DNA of 64,000 nucleotides, taken from assembly GCA_976551045.1 (NCBI GenBank), contig CDPCPM010000106.1, positions 24,490,001-24,554,000 of the forward strand, written 5' to 3'. Below are positions 12,907 to 27,119 of this stretch, in pieces. The DNA is from Glaucostegus cemiculus (lineage: Eukaryota). Position 1 is the stretch's first letter. Every line of letters starts with the position of its first letter. Position numbers and translations under genes: made by a program. The notes under the pieces are model-generated. The model saw nothing but the letters and a program-made list of their open reading frames with translations. It searched no databases and was not told where the DNA came from.

Positions 12907-15520
12907 GTGAGTAATTGAGCAGATTTTATCTCTGTTGGGAGTGCCTTGTTTGCATTGCCCCATTACTAGCAACCCTCAGTGAGCTGGTGAGTACACAAAC
13001 TGGAGTCATGACCAGTACAAGAAGTCTATTCTTGATCTGTTGATACTCTAACAGACGCAGCGCTGAAATCAAAATAACTTTAGGTATTAGTTATCTTGAT
13101 GGACTAACTTTCCCTCTTAGAGTGACTCTCAGTTCTCATTTGATACTACTTAATTAGAGAAGATACATAGTTTAAAAGTGATGCAACATCTTACTCTGAA
13201 CAGAGATAGTCCTCTTCTAAAAAGCATAACTGCGTAACTCTAATATTGAAATCTATTAGTAGTTTGAGAAATTAATTTGGTTGTTTGCATTTTATTTTCA
13301 GTAGAGCATCTTAGTGTCCTGAATCATGTCTTTATTTACAGTATATATATATATATATACATATCAAAGGATTATTACTGTGGTAGTTAGGTACTGAGAG
13401 TGAGTACGCTCCAGAACTGAATTTCCTTTCAGCTAGTTCCTGACTCTGTACCAGTATTTAACAATTATGAATAATTGATCTTAAAGAAAATAATCTGAAT
13501 TATATTTGTAACTCACTTTGTGATCTGGGTAAGGCCAGCAATTATTGTTCATTCCTTAATGCCCTTGAGAAGGCAGTGATAAGCCACCTTCTAGAACCAC
13601 TGCAGTCCTTCTGGTGAGGGTACTCCCATTCTACTGTTGGGAGGAAGTTCCATGATTTAGATTTGGCGATGGTGGTGTATTTTCAAGTCAGGATGGTATG
13701 TGACTTGGAGGGGAATCCATAGTGAATTTGGGAAATGGGTTGGAGTAACCTGAGCAAGTAAGAGCAGTGCATTTTGTGTAAATAGTCTACACTGCAGTCG
13801 CTGTGCACCAGTCTGGAGAGGATAATAATTGGTGTTACACAATAAATATTAAGAGTCATGATATAGGGGATAGGTACAGTCCATTTCCAGTGACTTAAAG
13901 ATTTAAAATGAGGGGACAGAGCTATTTGATTAAATCTCATAAGTTACAAACTCAGTGTCATTGAAACAGTTGAACACAGAAGACAGTGAGCCAATGTAAT
14001 GAAGGCTTGGCTATAGTAATTGAACATTTAGGAATATTTTAGATAGTTAAAGGAAAGGAACATAAAAGGCTGAGAGAAAGGGATAAGAATGCAATGAGGA
14101 TTTTACTTCAATGGAGAATAAATGGCAACATTTATGGATGGGCCAAATGACCTGTTTTTGTGTTGTATTTCTCCATTAATAGTGTAATTTCCAGTCAGAC
14201 ATTTTTAAAGCTCACTTCTTGCTATTTGTTGTTGTACTCTAAGAATACTGCTAAACCATAGTATTCTTAACCTGCCTACTGAAGGCAGGGCACACTGCTC
14301 ACCAGCATCCAATCTCCTTGATTTTATTCCCAGATTATTATCCTGTGTTGGCATAAATGAAAAGCCAAAGTTTAACATCATTGTAAAGTACAGTGCATTG
14401 TAAAGGTTCCCAGCTATCATGGATCTGGAAATGGTCATGATAATTTCTTTGAAATGATTTTCATGCCGATTACTAGGGAGGTGTTACGATTGCAATGATT
14501 GTTTTTTTTATTTCAAAGATTGCTCTGAATTTGTAATTTACACATCATAACAATATCTTTGTTGAATTTTTACATTTGCATATTCTGATATGTGCTGCAT
14601 TCATGTAATGCCAAAGATGAAACATTTTAGACATTGAACTAAAGGTAAAACAGGAGATTAACATTAGTATTAAATGTTCCTGAAGCTGTTTTGTTCAATC
14701 CACTAATAAAAAATGTCATGTCAAAGCCTTCATTAAATATGATTTATGTATTTGATTATTTTAATATTAAAGCAATGCAAAATAAAAGGAATAGCAACTG
14801 AATAAGAGGAAGTAAATGTTCTCAAATCGTTAAAGGCCTTGGAATGTTTGTTCGTGATTGGACTGGAATGTGATCATTGCTGATTTGAGCACTGATTTTT
14901 TGCTCCTTACTCAATGACTCATCTCAAGAACACAAAACTGGTGTTCCCAGTTCATTGGAATGAATTTTGTATTTAATTTTAGATACAATAAATATTGTAA
15001 ACCAGTCAGGTTATTTTAACTCTAGTTTCCAAACAGGTGAACAATTGTGGCAGTGGTTTTGCTACAGTGACAGGTAAGGTTGAATTCTAAGTCAAAGAGA
15101 CTGAAGAACCAAGTTGCTAGTTAGAAGGTGTCATTCCACAGAAGATAAGAACTGCCTATTGTCTTTGCCACTTTCTTGGAAGCAGGCTTCCTCCTGGCTC
15201 CCTACCAAGTGGTATTAGCACTGGTCACAGGCAGAAAGCTTATACAAAGACGGCTTCACAGGGAATAAAGGTTGTCCAAAAATAGAATCATGGAAATTTA
15301 TGGCACAGTAAGAGACCATTGAGTCCATTTGTGCACAAAAGTAAACTTTAAATTAATTCCACCTCCGCACTTCTGGTGCATAGTCATAGTAATTTTAAAT
15401 GTTCTCTCCATGACTCAGGTAGGTGGAGCTCTTGTGGTGCAATTATTTTCTCACATTGGTAGTTTAGACCACAATTAATGACCTCTACTTAACATTAATT
15501 TTCTAATTTGCCTCCTGCAG

Positions 15521-15635
15521 AATCTTGGTGAACATGGATGATAACATTGTGCAGCATTACTGTAACCATGCCGCATTTTTGGTGGAGATAAAGGACATAT
15601 GTGGAGGCTGTCAAATAACACTTAAAGAGGTTTAA
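15521..15635 (+). CDS. GRHL3: GRHL3 terminal coding exon (ILVNMDDNIVQHYCNHAAFLVEIKDICGGCQITLKEV*)
   Basis: cctgcag|A acceptor, TAA at 15633-15635; HY.NH.AFL resembles GRHL3 rather than GRHL2 (HYSNEDTF); STPG1 as neighbour supports orthology. Confidence 0.95.
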
Positions 15636-18399
15636 GGAGACTCAACATTCTTACACAAACTCAAAGAAGTACAGAATATAGGAAAAGACCAGGAATTACT
15701 CTACCTCTGTCCCTTCTGTCCATGAACATTTACTATTGGCTGCTTTGGACGAAAGAACGTTGTGCCATTATTCACTTCTGACCTAACAACGAAACAGGCT
15801 GTTAAAGCCAAGCATGAAGAGTTCAATATTGCCTTAATTTTATTCTACACTTGTTTGGATATTTCCCGAAGCAATCTTTTCTTCTTTGTTTATACCGCTC
15901 AACATGGTCCTTCTAGGATCTGAAAGTCATACATGCTTTCACTCCATCTAACCAAACTTTATTGACTGTTGGACTGTATACTGGGTCACCAGCCAGTCTA
16001 TGTATATTTCATTATGTCAGAATGTTTGATATTTTAGAATCATTTGCTCATTTCTGTGATTTACTTGTCATTTTTGTTTAAATCTCAATTCAATCGTTTC
16101 AGATTTCCAACAGGTTTTTCAATATATAGTATTTACACAAGGAATGGCAAATAGATTGCTATTTATGGTGCTCATGAAGTATATGGAAGAATTCATTGCT
16201 CATAAGTAAACATTATTTTCTTCTGTGGAGGGGGACCTGCCTCCAATAATTAAAAGAACATTTCTTTCTTCTTTAAATATTACTGTGTAGTTCCACTGAA
16301 ACATCCTTCCATGTTACACATCATAAGTCTGCACCATCATTGTCTAATATTTCAGAGGAGGAATCATTTTATTGCCACAAATGGTACCAGCACATCCTGA
16401 TGTGAATAAGGATTTCCATATTCTTTAAGATTATCAGCATGCACGGAATTGTGTGTTTTTAGAATCATGGTGTGCTGGTAACATATCATGATTTGCAACC
16501 TTGAAAGCATTGTATTATGGATGTGTATAAAATATTGTATCATAGGATAACAACTCAGTAATTTAGCATGCCCAGCTACCAAAGTACTACTCGGGTTACT
16601 AGATTTAACATTTTAGTAGCCCTAATAACTGCCCAATTCTTTTTAAAAAAAAACTTGTTTATGCCCTGATTTGTTTAGCAAGTATTTTCCTTGATTGGCA
16701 CATGATGAAATTAACCAAGGAAGCGGTGCTTTTCTTTGCAGTACCATTGAGAGAACACTGGTTTCTATTAAGTTGGATAACGTTTTTACTGAGCTTCCAA
16801 ATTTGGTGGTCATTGGCCTGATTATTTGTAGAGACATTACATTTATACACCTGAAGATATGGTAAAAAGTGTGATTTAAATATTTCTGACTTCCTCTGAC
16901 TGATTTACTAAACCAACATAACTTTCTTGGGATATATTTTCACTTGTTTACTAATGTTTTTCAATATTTTTACTTGGGTATAAAGCCAGAGATATACATT
17001 ATACTCAATCAAAGATTTTCACTTACATTATTACAGATAAACAAGAACATTTCTTGCAATGAGTTGTCTTTTTTCATTACTATTTTTGTGCATCTAATAT
17101 AGTCAGTTTTATTTTTCATTTATTGGTATTGTACTCAGGATCTCCACGATGTGAAAGCATATATATTGTAAATATAAAGAGTTAGTCTCAAGTATAAACA
17201 TTGTGGTGATGGACATTTCATGTTTATGATGTATTTTTCAAACTGCAGATGAGATCTCACAATTGTGGGATATATTTTTGTTATCCTATTGTAATGAGTT
17301 AGCAATATCTGGTGTAACACTCTAAATTGTAGCTTCCTGGGTGTCATCATTGATTTTTAATGTCAAAGAGTTACGTAAACTTCACTGCCAAATTCCTGTA
17401 AAAATTTCAATTGATTAAAATGTAATTTGTTTTTAAAAAAAATCTCCAACTTGTTGTATTCCTCATCTAACAAGGGAATGATGCTCCAACTGTGTCCATG
17501 TGTCATTACCAATTTTCCGTCTTTTGAGTGTTCACAGAGATGTTTTTAAAGTCGACCATTCTAAACAAATATTGACATTAAAATTTTAACTGTAAAATAT
17601 TTCTATCAGTGTGGTACATTAATAAGAACCCTTTTGCCCTCTTAATACCATCCACCACCTTCTACTCCTCCTTTAGTAGCTTCCATTTATTAGGTTCACC
17701 AGCACAAGGCCTTTCTTCACATCCCTCATGGGAAAAATTAGATAATACTGTCAGTGCGAAACTCCATTTGTTTCTTATAGGAGGAAAATTGATTTTAAAC
17801 TTCTAAGAACAAAATAGAATACCCATGATGATGCAGTCTACTACAATACCTTTTATTCTACATGTCTCATGCTGTAATAACACATGTTAGTTATTTGCTC
17901 CAATGCCCATTCTGGAATTTGCCCTGCATTGTCCTCACTACTCGTCACAGCGTCAGTTCCTTGTAAAGTGGCCAATTGTGTTGGGTGGTGAAATATACAG
18001 GGGGAGGGCAGGGGGGGGAACCTTTCAAAAATAGTAAAGTGTTGTTAATCTTTCACTTCCTTCAGCAGCGCTTCATCAGGGGAAACATGTCCAGTAACAA
18101 CCAACTAATGACAATGGCAAACAGCAGTGAAGGAAACATTGAGAGTTGTGAAGACAAAGTTCACAGTGAAATATCTTGTTACAGCCCATGCTGCGTGTGG
18201 TTTATGAGTTGGCCTTTCCTTATGTAAATTGCATATCCCCCTTTGTCCTTACTGTTTCTTTTTGAGTCAGGTACTGTGACAGTTGATTGCGAATCAGGTT
18301 GGAAAATGCTGATTGAACATGTAACACATTTTATTAACTGGGAAACTTTGTCAAATGAACAAAGAATTGTTTTTTTTATTTGAATTTAGAAGAAAATTA

Positions 18400-18405
18400 A
18401 ATAAA
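18400..18405 (+). terminator. Candidate GRHL3 polyadenylation signal AATAAA
   Basis: AATAAA followed by a GT/T-rich tract, after about 2.8 kb of repeat-poor AT-rich putative 3' UTR; other ATTAAA sites lie upstream. Confidence 0.4.
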
Positions 18406-20369
18406 AGAATTTTATAGCTTGCTGTGTTTTTTTCTCTGCCCTCTAATACATGGCCATACTGGACGTTGAGATGATTTTAGAATTGCAGGCAGCTGAAGCA
18501 CCCACTGTGCAGTGACAGATGAGTGATGGGTCAGACCTCTTATTTTGGTCATGAGACATTTTTCCAACAATTGCTCCTCATGCACATTAATGACTATAAA
18601 ACAGATGCAGTGAGGTCCACTTCCTTCCTGATATGTCTCTGTTCCCCTTGGCTCTTTGGCCTCAGTATCAACAGTGATTGAAATGATCCCTATTGGGTCG
18701 AGAAAATTTACTTCACTGACAATGTTGCTATGCTTCCGATTTCATTACAACTTTAAGTTAATAGAAGGAGCAAGCCTGTTCTTGAACTGTGGCACGGTCT
18801 GACCCAAGTTTTCACAAGGCTGTACATAGTCACAACACCATTCCCACCAAGAGTGGAGAGGATTGATTAATTCTCTTGAATTAGTCTGGTTACCATCAAG
18901 CCTGGTAACTGCACTGTTGTACATGACTAATATTGACCTTACACAGAAAATTTGTTCTAATTATCCCGCTTTTACTGGGAGGAGATATTATGGTTTCAAT
19001 TGTATTCTATTTTCTCTGCTCTTTCGAAAACAGTGTCAATTTAAATTGATTTTGTAATGCAATATATCATTTACTATGAGTCCAATTACACCCACACTAA
19101 TTCCCCACTGACCTACAACTCATTGGCTGAAGCCAATTTGTCAATAAGCATTCTGAACTAAAATACCTGTATAGTGCCTGAAAAGACATGATACAATGAA
19201 AGTACATGGAGGAGAATGGCTAACTTTGTTTGAGACTTCTAGCAGTGATACTTTATAATATATGGGGTGGGGAGGCAGTGTCACGGGGTAGTTAATTGAG
19301 ATGGAGTGTCGCTCAGGATGGCAGGGTGAAAATATCATGGCAAGTGATATTCAAAAAAATCAGTCAGGTATAGTTAGTTGGGGGAGGTGCCATTTCCGAA
19401 TGTTGGTTAAGTAAATAATATAGGGTGGAGTTGTTGGGGAGAAGAATGACAGATCTGTATACATAAAATTTGATGTGGGGTTGGGGTGTGTGGGGAAAGT
19501 CTATTTAAGGTGGAAGTGAAGAGGAAATTCCTCTTTCCAAGGTTGTTATTCTTTGGAATTCCCTACACCAGAGAGCTGAGGATATGGTGTCATTGAATAT
19601 ATTGAAATCTGAGAATAATGTTTGCTCAGAAGGGGAATTAATGGTTATGAAGATCAAGCAGGAAAGAGGAGCAGAGGCCACGACCTTATTGAATGCACAG
19701 TAGGCTTGAGAGGCCGTATGCTCTTGATCTACTCTGATCTTATGTACTTTATTTTCCAGATCTTCTGGAGCATCCAATAAAAGAGTGATGATGTAACTAC
19801 ATTGTGTGCAATCTGATCTGATCCTAATCACAACTGCACTTTCTCGCTTATTCTCCATAAAGTATTGACTCTTCCATGATCCAAAATTTGTTTATCAATG
19901 TATTAATTGACAGAGTCCTCTGGTGTTAATAATTCCAAATATTCAGGATCCTGTGAGAAAAGAAACTCCTCCTTACCTCCTCCTTAAATGGGTGACCCTT
20001 TACTCTGAAATTATGCCCCTAGTTTTGGACTCTCCTAGGAAGGGAAACATCCTTTCAAGTGCCTCACAATCTTGCATCTGCATCCATTTCTTTGACTCCA
20101 GGTTTGGGACTATTTTAATCTTTTCTGATTAGTTTGAGTAAATACCTCTCCAATAGTAACAATGATTGTTTTAAGTTTGTCTTTCCTGTTGTTGTCTGAT
20201 TTTCTACTATTTGACCTTGTACCCAATACCAAACACATGATCTACCTAACTGATGATGCTTGTCTTTCTCAGTACTTCAGATTCTTGCACTACCTACAGG
20301 AGGTACCTCAAAGCACTAGAAAGATATAACCAATGCTTTGTCTGCAAAATCTTCCAAAACAACTTTTAA

Positions 20370-20515
20370 AAGACAGTTGGACAGTTACATGGATTGGAAA
20401 GGTTTAGAATGTTATGGGCCAAATGCTGGAAAATGGTACTAGATTGAATGGGGCATCTTGGTCGGCATGGACCAGTTGAGCCAAAAGGCCTGTTTTCATG
20501 CTGTATGACTCTACA
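20370..20515 (+). mobile_element. CR1-type LINE/SINE 3' tail
   Basis: ggcatggaccagttg...ggcctgtt...gctgtatgactcta tail, shared with other copies in the window. Confidence 0.7.
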
Positions 20516-21165
20516 ACATCCTCTTCTAGAGCAACACCCTCAGCATCACTCAACCAGCTTAGATAAGCCCTGTGTTCACCAGAGTTTAGCACAATGAGAG
20601 GAGATCGTATTGACACTTACAAAATTATTTAGGGGCTTGGCAGGTTAGATGCAGTGAGGATGATATTTCCCAGGGCTGAGAAGTCCAGAACCATGGCAAC
20701 TCTCATGGCAAAAGACTATCAGGAGACAGAGAATATACTTCAAGGATGTTCTTAAAACCCCATTGAAGAAAGGTAAAATCATTGCTATCTCATGGGAATC
20801 CCTGGCCCATCACCAATCAAAATGGTGAAGGAACGTCTGGGAATGCACCGAAAACCTTGAGTCTCTTTGTGAGGAGCATTAAATCGCAGCAAAACTAGGG
20901 AAAGAGCGTACCTCATTGCATACTTCCTGCTCACCCACCTGTGGCAGAGTTTATGGATTCATCCATCTCACTACCCACAGAAACAGAGTGGGAGCAACTC
21001 ATCCTCAACCAGAAGGGACAGCAAAGAGAACATAGATGCTTTTACTGTCTTCTACCATGAAGGGAGATATTTGTTCAAAATAGCTCATTGCTAACACTCG
21101 CATTTGCGCAATTTTCAAAGATAACAGAAGCAATGAGAATGAAAGATGGAGCATTGTTTTTAATA

Positions 21166-21171
21166 TTTATT
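21166..21171 (-). terminator. Candidate STPG1 polyadenylation signal
   Basis: TTTATT on + (AATAAA on -) about 650 nt past the STPG1 stop; alternatives near 21218 and 21489. Confidence 0.35.
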
Positions 21172-21821
21172 ACTTTAATATTATACAGCTTTGTTCCTTG
21201 GGTATTGGTCTAACTTGTTTATTTTGAAATTTATTACTATTGCAATATCAGGTGGATGGGGGGTGAACTAGAATATCTAGAAAGACCATAACCAAGTTAA
21301 CTTTTAACAGACATTAGACAGACTTCACTTTTTCTTACTATCTGCAGACCTGCAAATGATACATTGATTGAGAATCTGATTCCTCCTGCCACTATTGGAG
21401 GCAAATATATAAGGAATGCTCAAAGAACTTGAAAGCCAAAATCTCCTCTTATGGTTTAACAAAGCCAAACCTTTAAGGCTTCAATATATTTATTGATGGT
21501 AAAAATAATAGCTTAATTGAAAATTGAGATACTGTCAAACTTGACAAAATGACTGATTACTACAGAACAACTATTTTTTTCTGGAGGGGTGCTTTACAGT
21601 TCATGAGGGAACAAGTGCATTACATGATAAATACAGGTGAAGCAGCCTCCTACCCAAAATCATAAATAATCTTCAAAATTTGATTAAGATCATCTTTTTC
21701 TACAAAGCTATCTATTTTATCATAACGGCATATATCCATTGTGCAAAGTAAACTCACTGGAAGTACAATCAACAGAAACCCCATCTGGGCATGAGCTCCG
21801 TGTTTGTTTTTCCATCCATGT

Positions 21822-21895
21822 CTATAATGGTACCCACTTTCTATTAACATTGTACAGGAATGACTGTTTTTCATTTTTCTTTGGCACATACGAAG
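21822..21895 (-). CDS. STPG1: STPG1 (sperm-tail PG-rich repeat protein 1 / MAPO2) terminal coding exon (ASYVPKKNEKQSFLYNVNRKWVPL*)
   Basis: Polypyrimidine tract plus cacag acceptor, phase 1; KQSFLYN..KW.P matches the human C-terminus. Confidence 0.93.
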
Positions 21896-24800
21896 CTGTG
21901 GGATGCAGAAAAGAGAAACATCACATGAATACATGTTGTTTTAATATTTATTTGTTAAAATTAATTGAGTGACTATTTCAAGATTGGCAAGTATCAAATA
22001 TAATACCTAGGATTAAAGTATTGGCCATGGATTCAAGGCACTTAAATCCTATCTAAGAGGAAAGAGTTTCAAACTCAGCCGAAAAATATCTTTTCTACTT
22101 AGATTTTGAATGGATTTCAGATTTATTATTTGTGGTTTGCTTCAGAGAGATGAAGGATAACAATAAATGACAGTGATCATTTCACCACTTTGCAAACCCC
22201 TCTCCTAATCAGAAGTTCCTTGACTCTTCAGAACAGGCCATTTTATTAGCTGGATGTTCCAGTGACTTCTGATAACCAACCGTTCAAGTTCCTGTCAGGA
22301 CTGACCAACAGCTGCAATTTTTTGATGTTCACGGCCAGTTCTGCTGCAAGGTCATCAACCTCTAACTGTAACTCAGTTTTTCTCTCTCCACAGGTGCTGT
22401 TTATCTGCTGGGTATTTTCACCATTCTCTTGTATTTCAGATCTTCAAAAATTGCTATGCTCTATAGTTCCTGCACTGTTCTTCTCCCTGTTCCCATTCAT
22501 CTCCCTTTAATTACACCTGCTTTGGACAGATCAGTTAACAAGCAAGTCTTCATCACTCTGTCTCAGTTAGTTCAGTTTGTCTTGGCCTCCATCTTATCAC
22601 AAGCATTCCTTTTGTTCTCTCCACTCCACACCCTTCTCTGCAACTCTTCTGCAGATGCTGTCCGTCCAACTGAATATTTACATCAGTTTTTGTTTTTACT
22701 TCAGATTTCGAACCTTTGCAGTTTTCTGCTTTTTGGCCATAATAAAATTGTTATGTAATTGGGTATGAATAAATGAACATAATTCTAGAGACCTTAAAGG
22801 TATATCACAGTGAAACTGAAGAAATGTAGGGAGTAGATGCTATGAGTATGTGTCTTCTGGTGGAGGCTAGAACTGGCAGTCCTGACCTTAGCATGAGGCA
22901 TTTAATATGAAGACAAGGGAGAATTGTGAATCTTTGGATTTCTCTGTGCCAAATAACTGTGGATGCAAATCATTATATTCAAAGCCATGATATATTTCCA
23001 GACTTTTGAGAATTAAAGTTTATAGGCACAGGGCAGAAACATGGAGTTAGAACAAAAGATCAGAGCAGACATGGTCTTATTGAATGGCAGAGCAAGTTGA
23101 AAGGCTCATCAAGCCCTTTCCTACTCTTACGTCTTATGAGTTTACATCCCAGGATTCCCATTTGCATTCTAATATTGGCATGGGAGACTACCCAGGTTTC
23201 CAGATCTCAATATAAAACAAGAATTAGGTCCCTAAAATACATAAAAACTGGATCCTAATGTCTATTTTTGGTGCCATTCTTTATGTTGGTCTGCTTTATG
23301 CATAATGGTCCAATACAAGCTGGGGCTACCAACAGTATTTGGAGTTTTTTTTTAAATATACTCCTGTACGCCTCTTAGATCTGCAGCAATACTGAAACTG
23401 CTATTGGATGCCTTCCCGTTTCTGATTCACGCTTTTCCCAAGAACAAATTCAGGGTCATGCTGGGAAGGAAGGAAACCTAAAACTGAATCCCTTACGAGG
23501 ACTAAACCGGTTCTGAAGGCATAACATGCCCTTAACTCAACATGTTACCAAACTGAGACCCGAGACTCAGGATGGAGACGCATAGCTAGTTCTGAGCAAG
23601 ATATCCTAATCACTCTGGACAGATATTATCCAAAGGGTCTACTGGCACTGAGTGGTGATAGGAAAGATATTTGTACAATAATAATACGCTGATTCTGTAC
23701 AATCACTACAATTTCTTTGTAATAGGTGTAAAGCTTCCCTATCTCTTCCAAAATTGTTGTGTGTAGTTGAGTTTTAAGTTGACAAAGGACCTGGGTAGGA
23801 TTTCTCCAAATGAACACTGGTGGGAGCTAAAAGATGGAGATGGATTTGCTGCAATTCTTAGCCTCTTGACCAGAGATTTGTCTCAGTGAAGCATTGGATA
23901 TTTAATTGGGCCCTGATTTTCTTTTGTGTAGAAGAAAAGCTCATTTACTAAAACTTGTAACCTAATGAATTTGGTTTTAGCATCTGCACTTTTGAGAATT
24001 AAAATAAAAATTTTGCAGAGTGTTCAGATTATATCAATGAAAGTCATAATCAGCTTGAAGCAGAGGAAGGAGACTAGTAGTTCTGGTTTAACAACATTAC
24101 AAAATTTAGTAAAGATGTTGATGAAGGCATTAACTCTTCTGAACCATTATAGATCTTGAGACTGATTTCCTCCCTAATACTGCAAATTGGAAGAAAATAA
24201 CTAAAAAATAAAGCATTTCTTTCTTGATTTGGTGTTAATATGCTCAGTTGCCACAGAATAACTTGTTCTTAAACTTGGAATCACTTTTCTTTCTCTGTCT
24301 CTTTGCCATTTTATTCATATCCTGTCCTTTTCATGCATGTTACAGAGACATTAGAGATAATCATGTAGTCTTGCTTCATTGCCAAGTTTATTGCAGCAAG
24401 TTGTGTGTGCAGAATGAGTTGACCTTGTGCGATTTTGCATGAACAGCTCATTTCTGTATTTAGAATGCATTCTCTTAACACATTGGATAGGAATTTGTTG
24501 CATTTGCAAGTTAATCTCCTCATCTTTTATCCCTTAATTGCTGCTAAGGCATTGTTTAAAGAATTGGACATCTCAATTGGCTGCATCTCAAGACTTTTGC
24601 AGGAAATAGTTTCTTAATATTAGAGAGCCATTCCAAAGACTGTATGGCAGGAAAGAATTGACAGATTGAAAACATTGGTAAACCAAAATTAATCATCAGG
24701 AGGCATGAAGAGCAAAGTGATGAGAAATTCCTGTAGTGGCGCACTTCAATATGTTTTTTTGATGAATCGCAAGAGGTGTACAGCTTCATGGGAAAAGCTT

Positions 24801-26344
24801 TCCAAAACCATTTAGCTGCATGATAAATTTCAGAGAGGATATACTGATGGTTTGACATCTATCTTATGCCATATTGATACCTATTGACCAACAACACCTG
24901 AAGAATACTGGCAAGATAAAACTGTGTGCTAACACAATAGGAGCTAACACAAACTGGAGAAGAGTTCAGAATTCACAGCCTCTGAATATGATCAGGCAAA
25001 GAGAACAATTTTATAAAAGAAAAATATAGTATATATTTATTGTAATTTTTTGAGGGTGTAGAAAGATGGATATGGGAAAATCAGTGGATGTAACATATTT
25101 AGCCTTCAGACAAAATTCCATAAGGTGCCAACACAAGAGATATTAACAGGAGAGCAGGGGTCATAGGATTGGGGAGATGTTAACATGAATTGATATCTGG
25201 TTAACAAAAAGTGAACAAACAGCAGCAATTAATAAGTAGATTTTCTAGCTGCTTGCCTGTTGCTAATGAGTGGTGTAAGTGCCAGACCATGGGCCTCATC
25301 CATTTACAATTTGTAGCACTGACCTTGTTGAGGGCACAATTTGTAATATATACAGGCTTGGTGATCCAAAGCCAGCTGGAAAGAAAGTTCTGAAATATAA
25401 CAGTGTTTAACTTCTCAGTGCCAATACCACTGATGGAGTCAAAATTGCACCTTAAAGTATATGAATCATCAGTTTTTGGGAGGAATTTTTTAACTCTTTT
25501 CTCTCTGTGCCTCTTTGACATTTCACTCAGAATAAAAGAGTGAAATGTTAACGAGGGACAAAGAGAAAAGAGACCCAAAGACAAAGAACAATTCATTCGG
25601 TGCAGAGTGAGCACAAATGACACAAGTGCTAGCTACTCACCCGTTGTTAACAGTGAACTCACCTTCGCTACTCCACCCCATCCCCCTCACCACACTATCG
25701 AAAACTGCTCCCCATCCACAACAAGGCAGCTCAACCAAAATCTTTCCAAGATGCAAACTACTTCTGAAGAAGTTTTGAAACGGAACAAACAGCTTCCTCA
25801 ACACATTTCCAAAAACCCATATTTACATAAGAGCTGGCAACGTATCAAGGAAGTATCATCATACATCAATCACAGAAAACACAAAAGGATGACAAATATT
25901 TGGTGATTGTATTTTGTTTGCAAAACTGAGCTGATATAGTTTAGTTTGATGTTAGCTTCCTAAGTATTACATATGCTCCCCTTTCTTTCTTGAATCAATT
26001 CAACTGCCTCTCTTGTAATAGTTTACAGTTTTATTTTATTATTACAAAATAAACTTTATTTATCATAAAAAAAACTGTATACAACAATAAAACAGTGAAA
26101 ACTTTTACACTCGTGTATGGATCAATCATTAGTGTTCCCTTTATTAAAAAACCACAGCACCAATGCCACTCATGCGGCTCCCTGGGGTGCTACCCCAATC
26201 CCATATTTACAATATTTAAGGGCTTCCTTGCCTGACCCCACCCCTCCCTCTCAAGTGGCAGAACAACCCTAAACTGTAGTCCTTCCATTGCTTTACGAAA
26301 TGGCTGGGTTAACATATCATACTGTACATGCTTATGGAACTTTC

Positions 26345-26625
26345 CATGCAGTAGCAGTTAGCTATTACAGCGCCAGCGACGCGGGTTCAATTCCGGCTAC
26401 TGTCTGTAATGAGTATGTGCACTCTATCTGCGTGAGTTTCCTCCAGGTGCTTCGGTTTCCTCTCACAGTCCAAAGACGTACAGGTTAGGAGCTGTAGGCA
26501 TGCTATATTAGTGCCGGAAGAGTGGTGACACTTGCGGGCTGCCTACAGTGCATTCTCAGTCACGTAAAATGAAGAGTTTTGATGTACATGTGACTAAGAA
26601 ATAGATATCCAAATATTTATCTATT
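26345..26625 (+). mobile_element. tRNA-derived V-SINE
   Basis: GGTTCAATTCC B box, V core, same 3' part as the 45055 copy. Confidence 0.8.
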
Positions 26626-27119
26626 TATCCCTCTTTTGATCAACTCTTGATCTTTATTTTGCATTTCTTCCACTTGTGACAGTTCACTAAGGAATGGGGC
26701 ATGGGGATGGGGGTGGGGGTTTGACTGTCCCCTCACCCTCTTCCAGTGGCTCTGCTTAGGATTATCCCACAGGAAGTACATCTCAGGGTCCAACACAACT
26801 AGTGAAAACATCTTCTATGGCAAACAGTTTGGAAAATTTGCCACACTGTGCCTGTTTGAAAGGGGGAAGGGATAGGAGAGTGCTAGTGAACCTGACAAAA
26901 ATACTTGCCGGAGTTAGTATTTAACTGTGTCAGGGGTTTACTTTGAACAGTTCATTTATGACATCCCAGGGATCTGTAAAGAATTTGCCTGAATGTGATT
27001 CAGTACAATGATGCCCAGAAATTAGCACACTTAAATGGCTGTTGTTGGTTGTGTTAGGACCCTAATGAAAGACCCACACAAAAAATACATTAAAAAGGAA
27101 AAAAGGAAATCAGGGAGAA

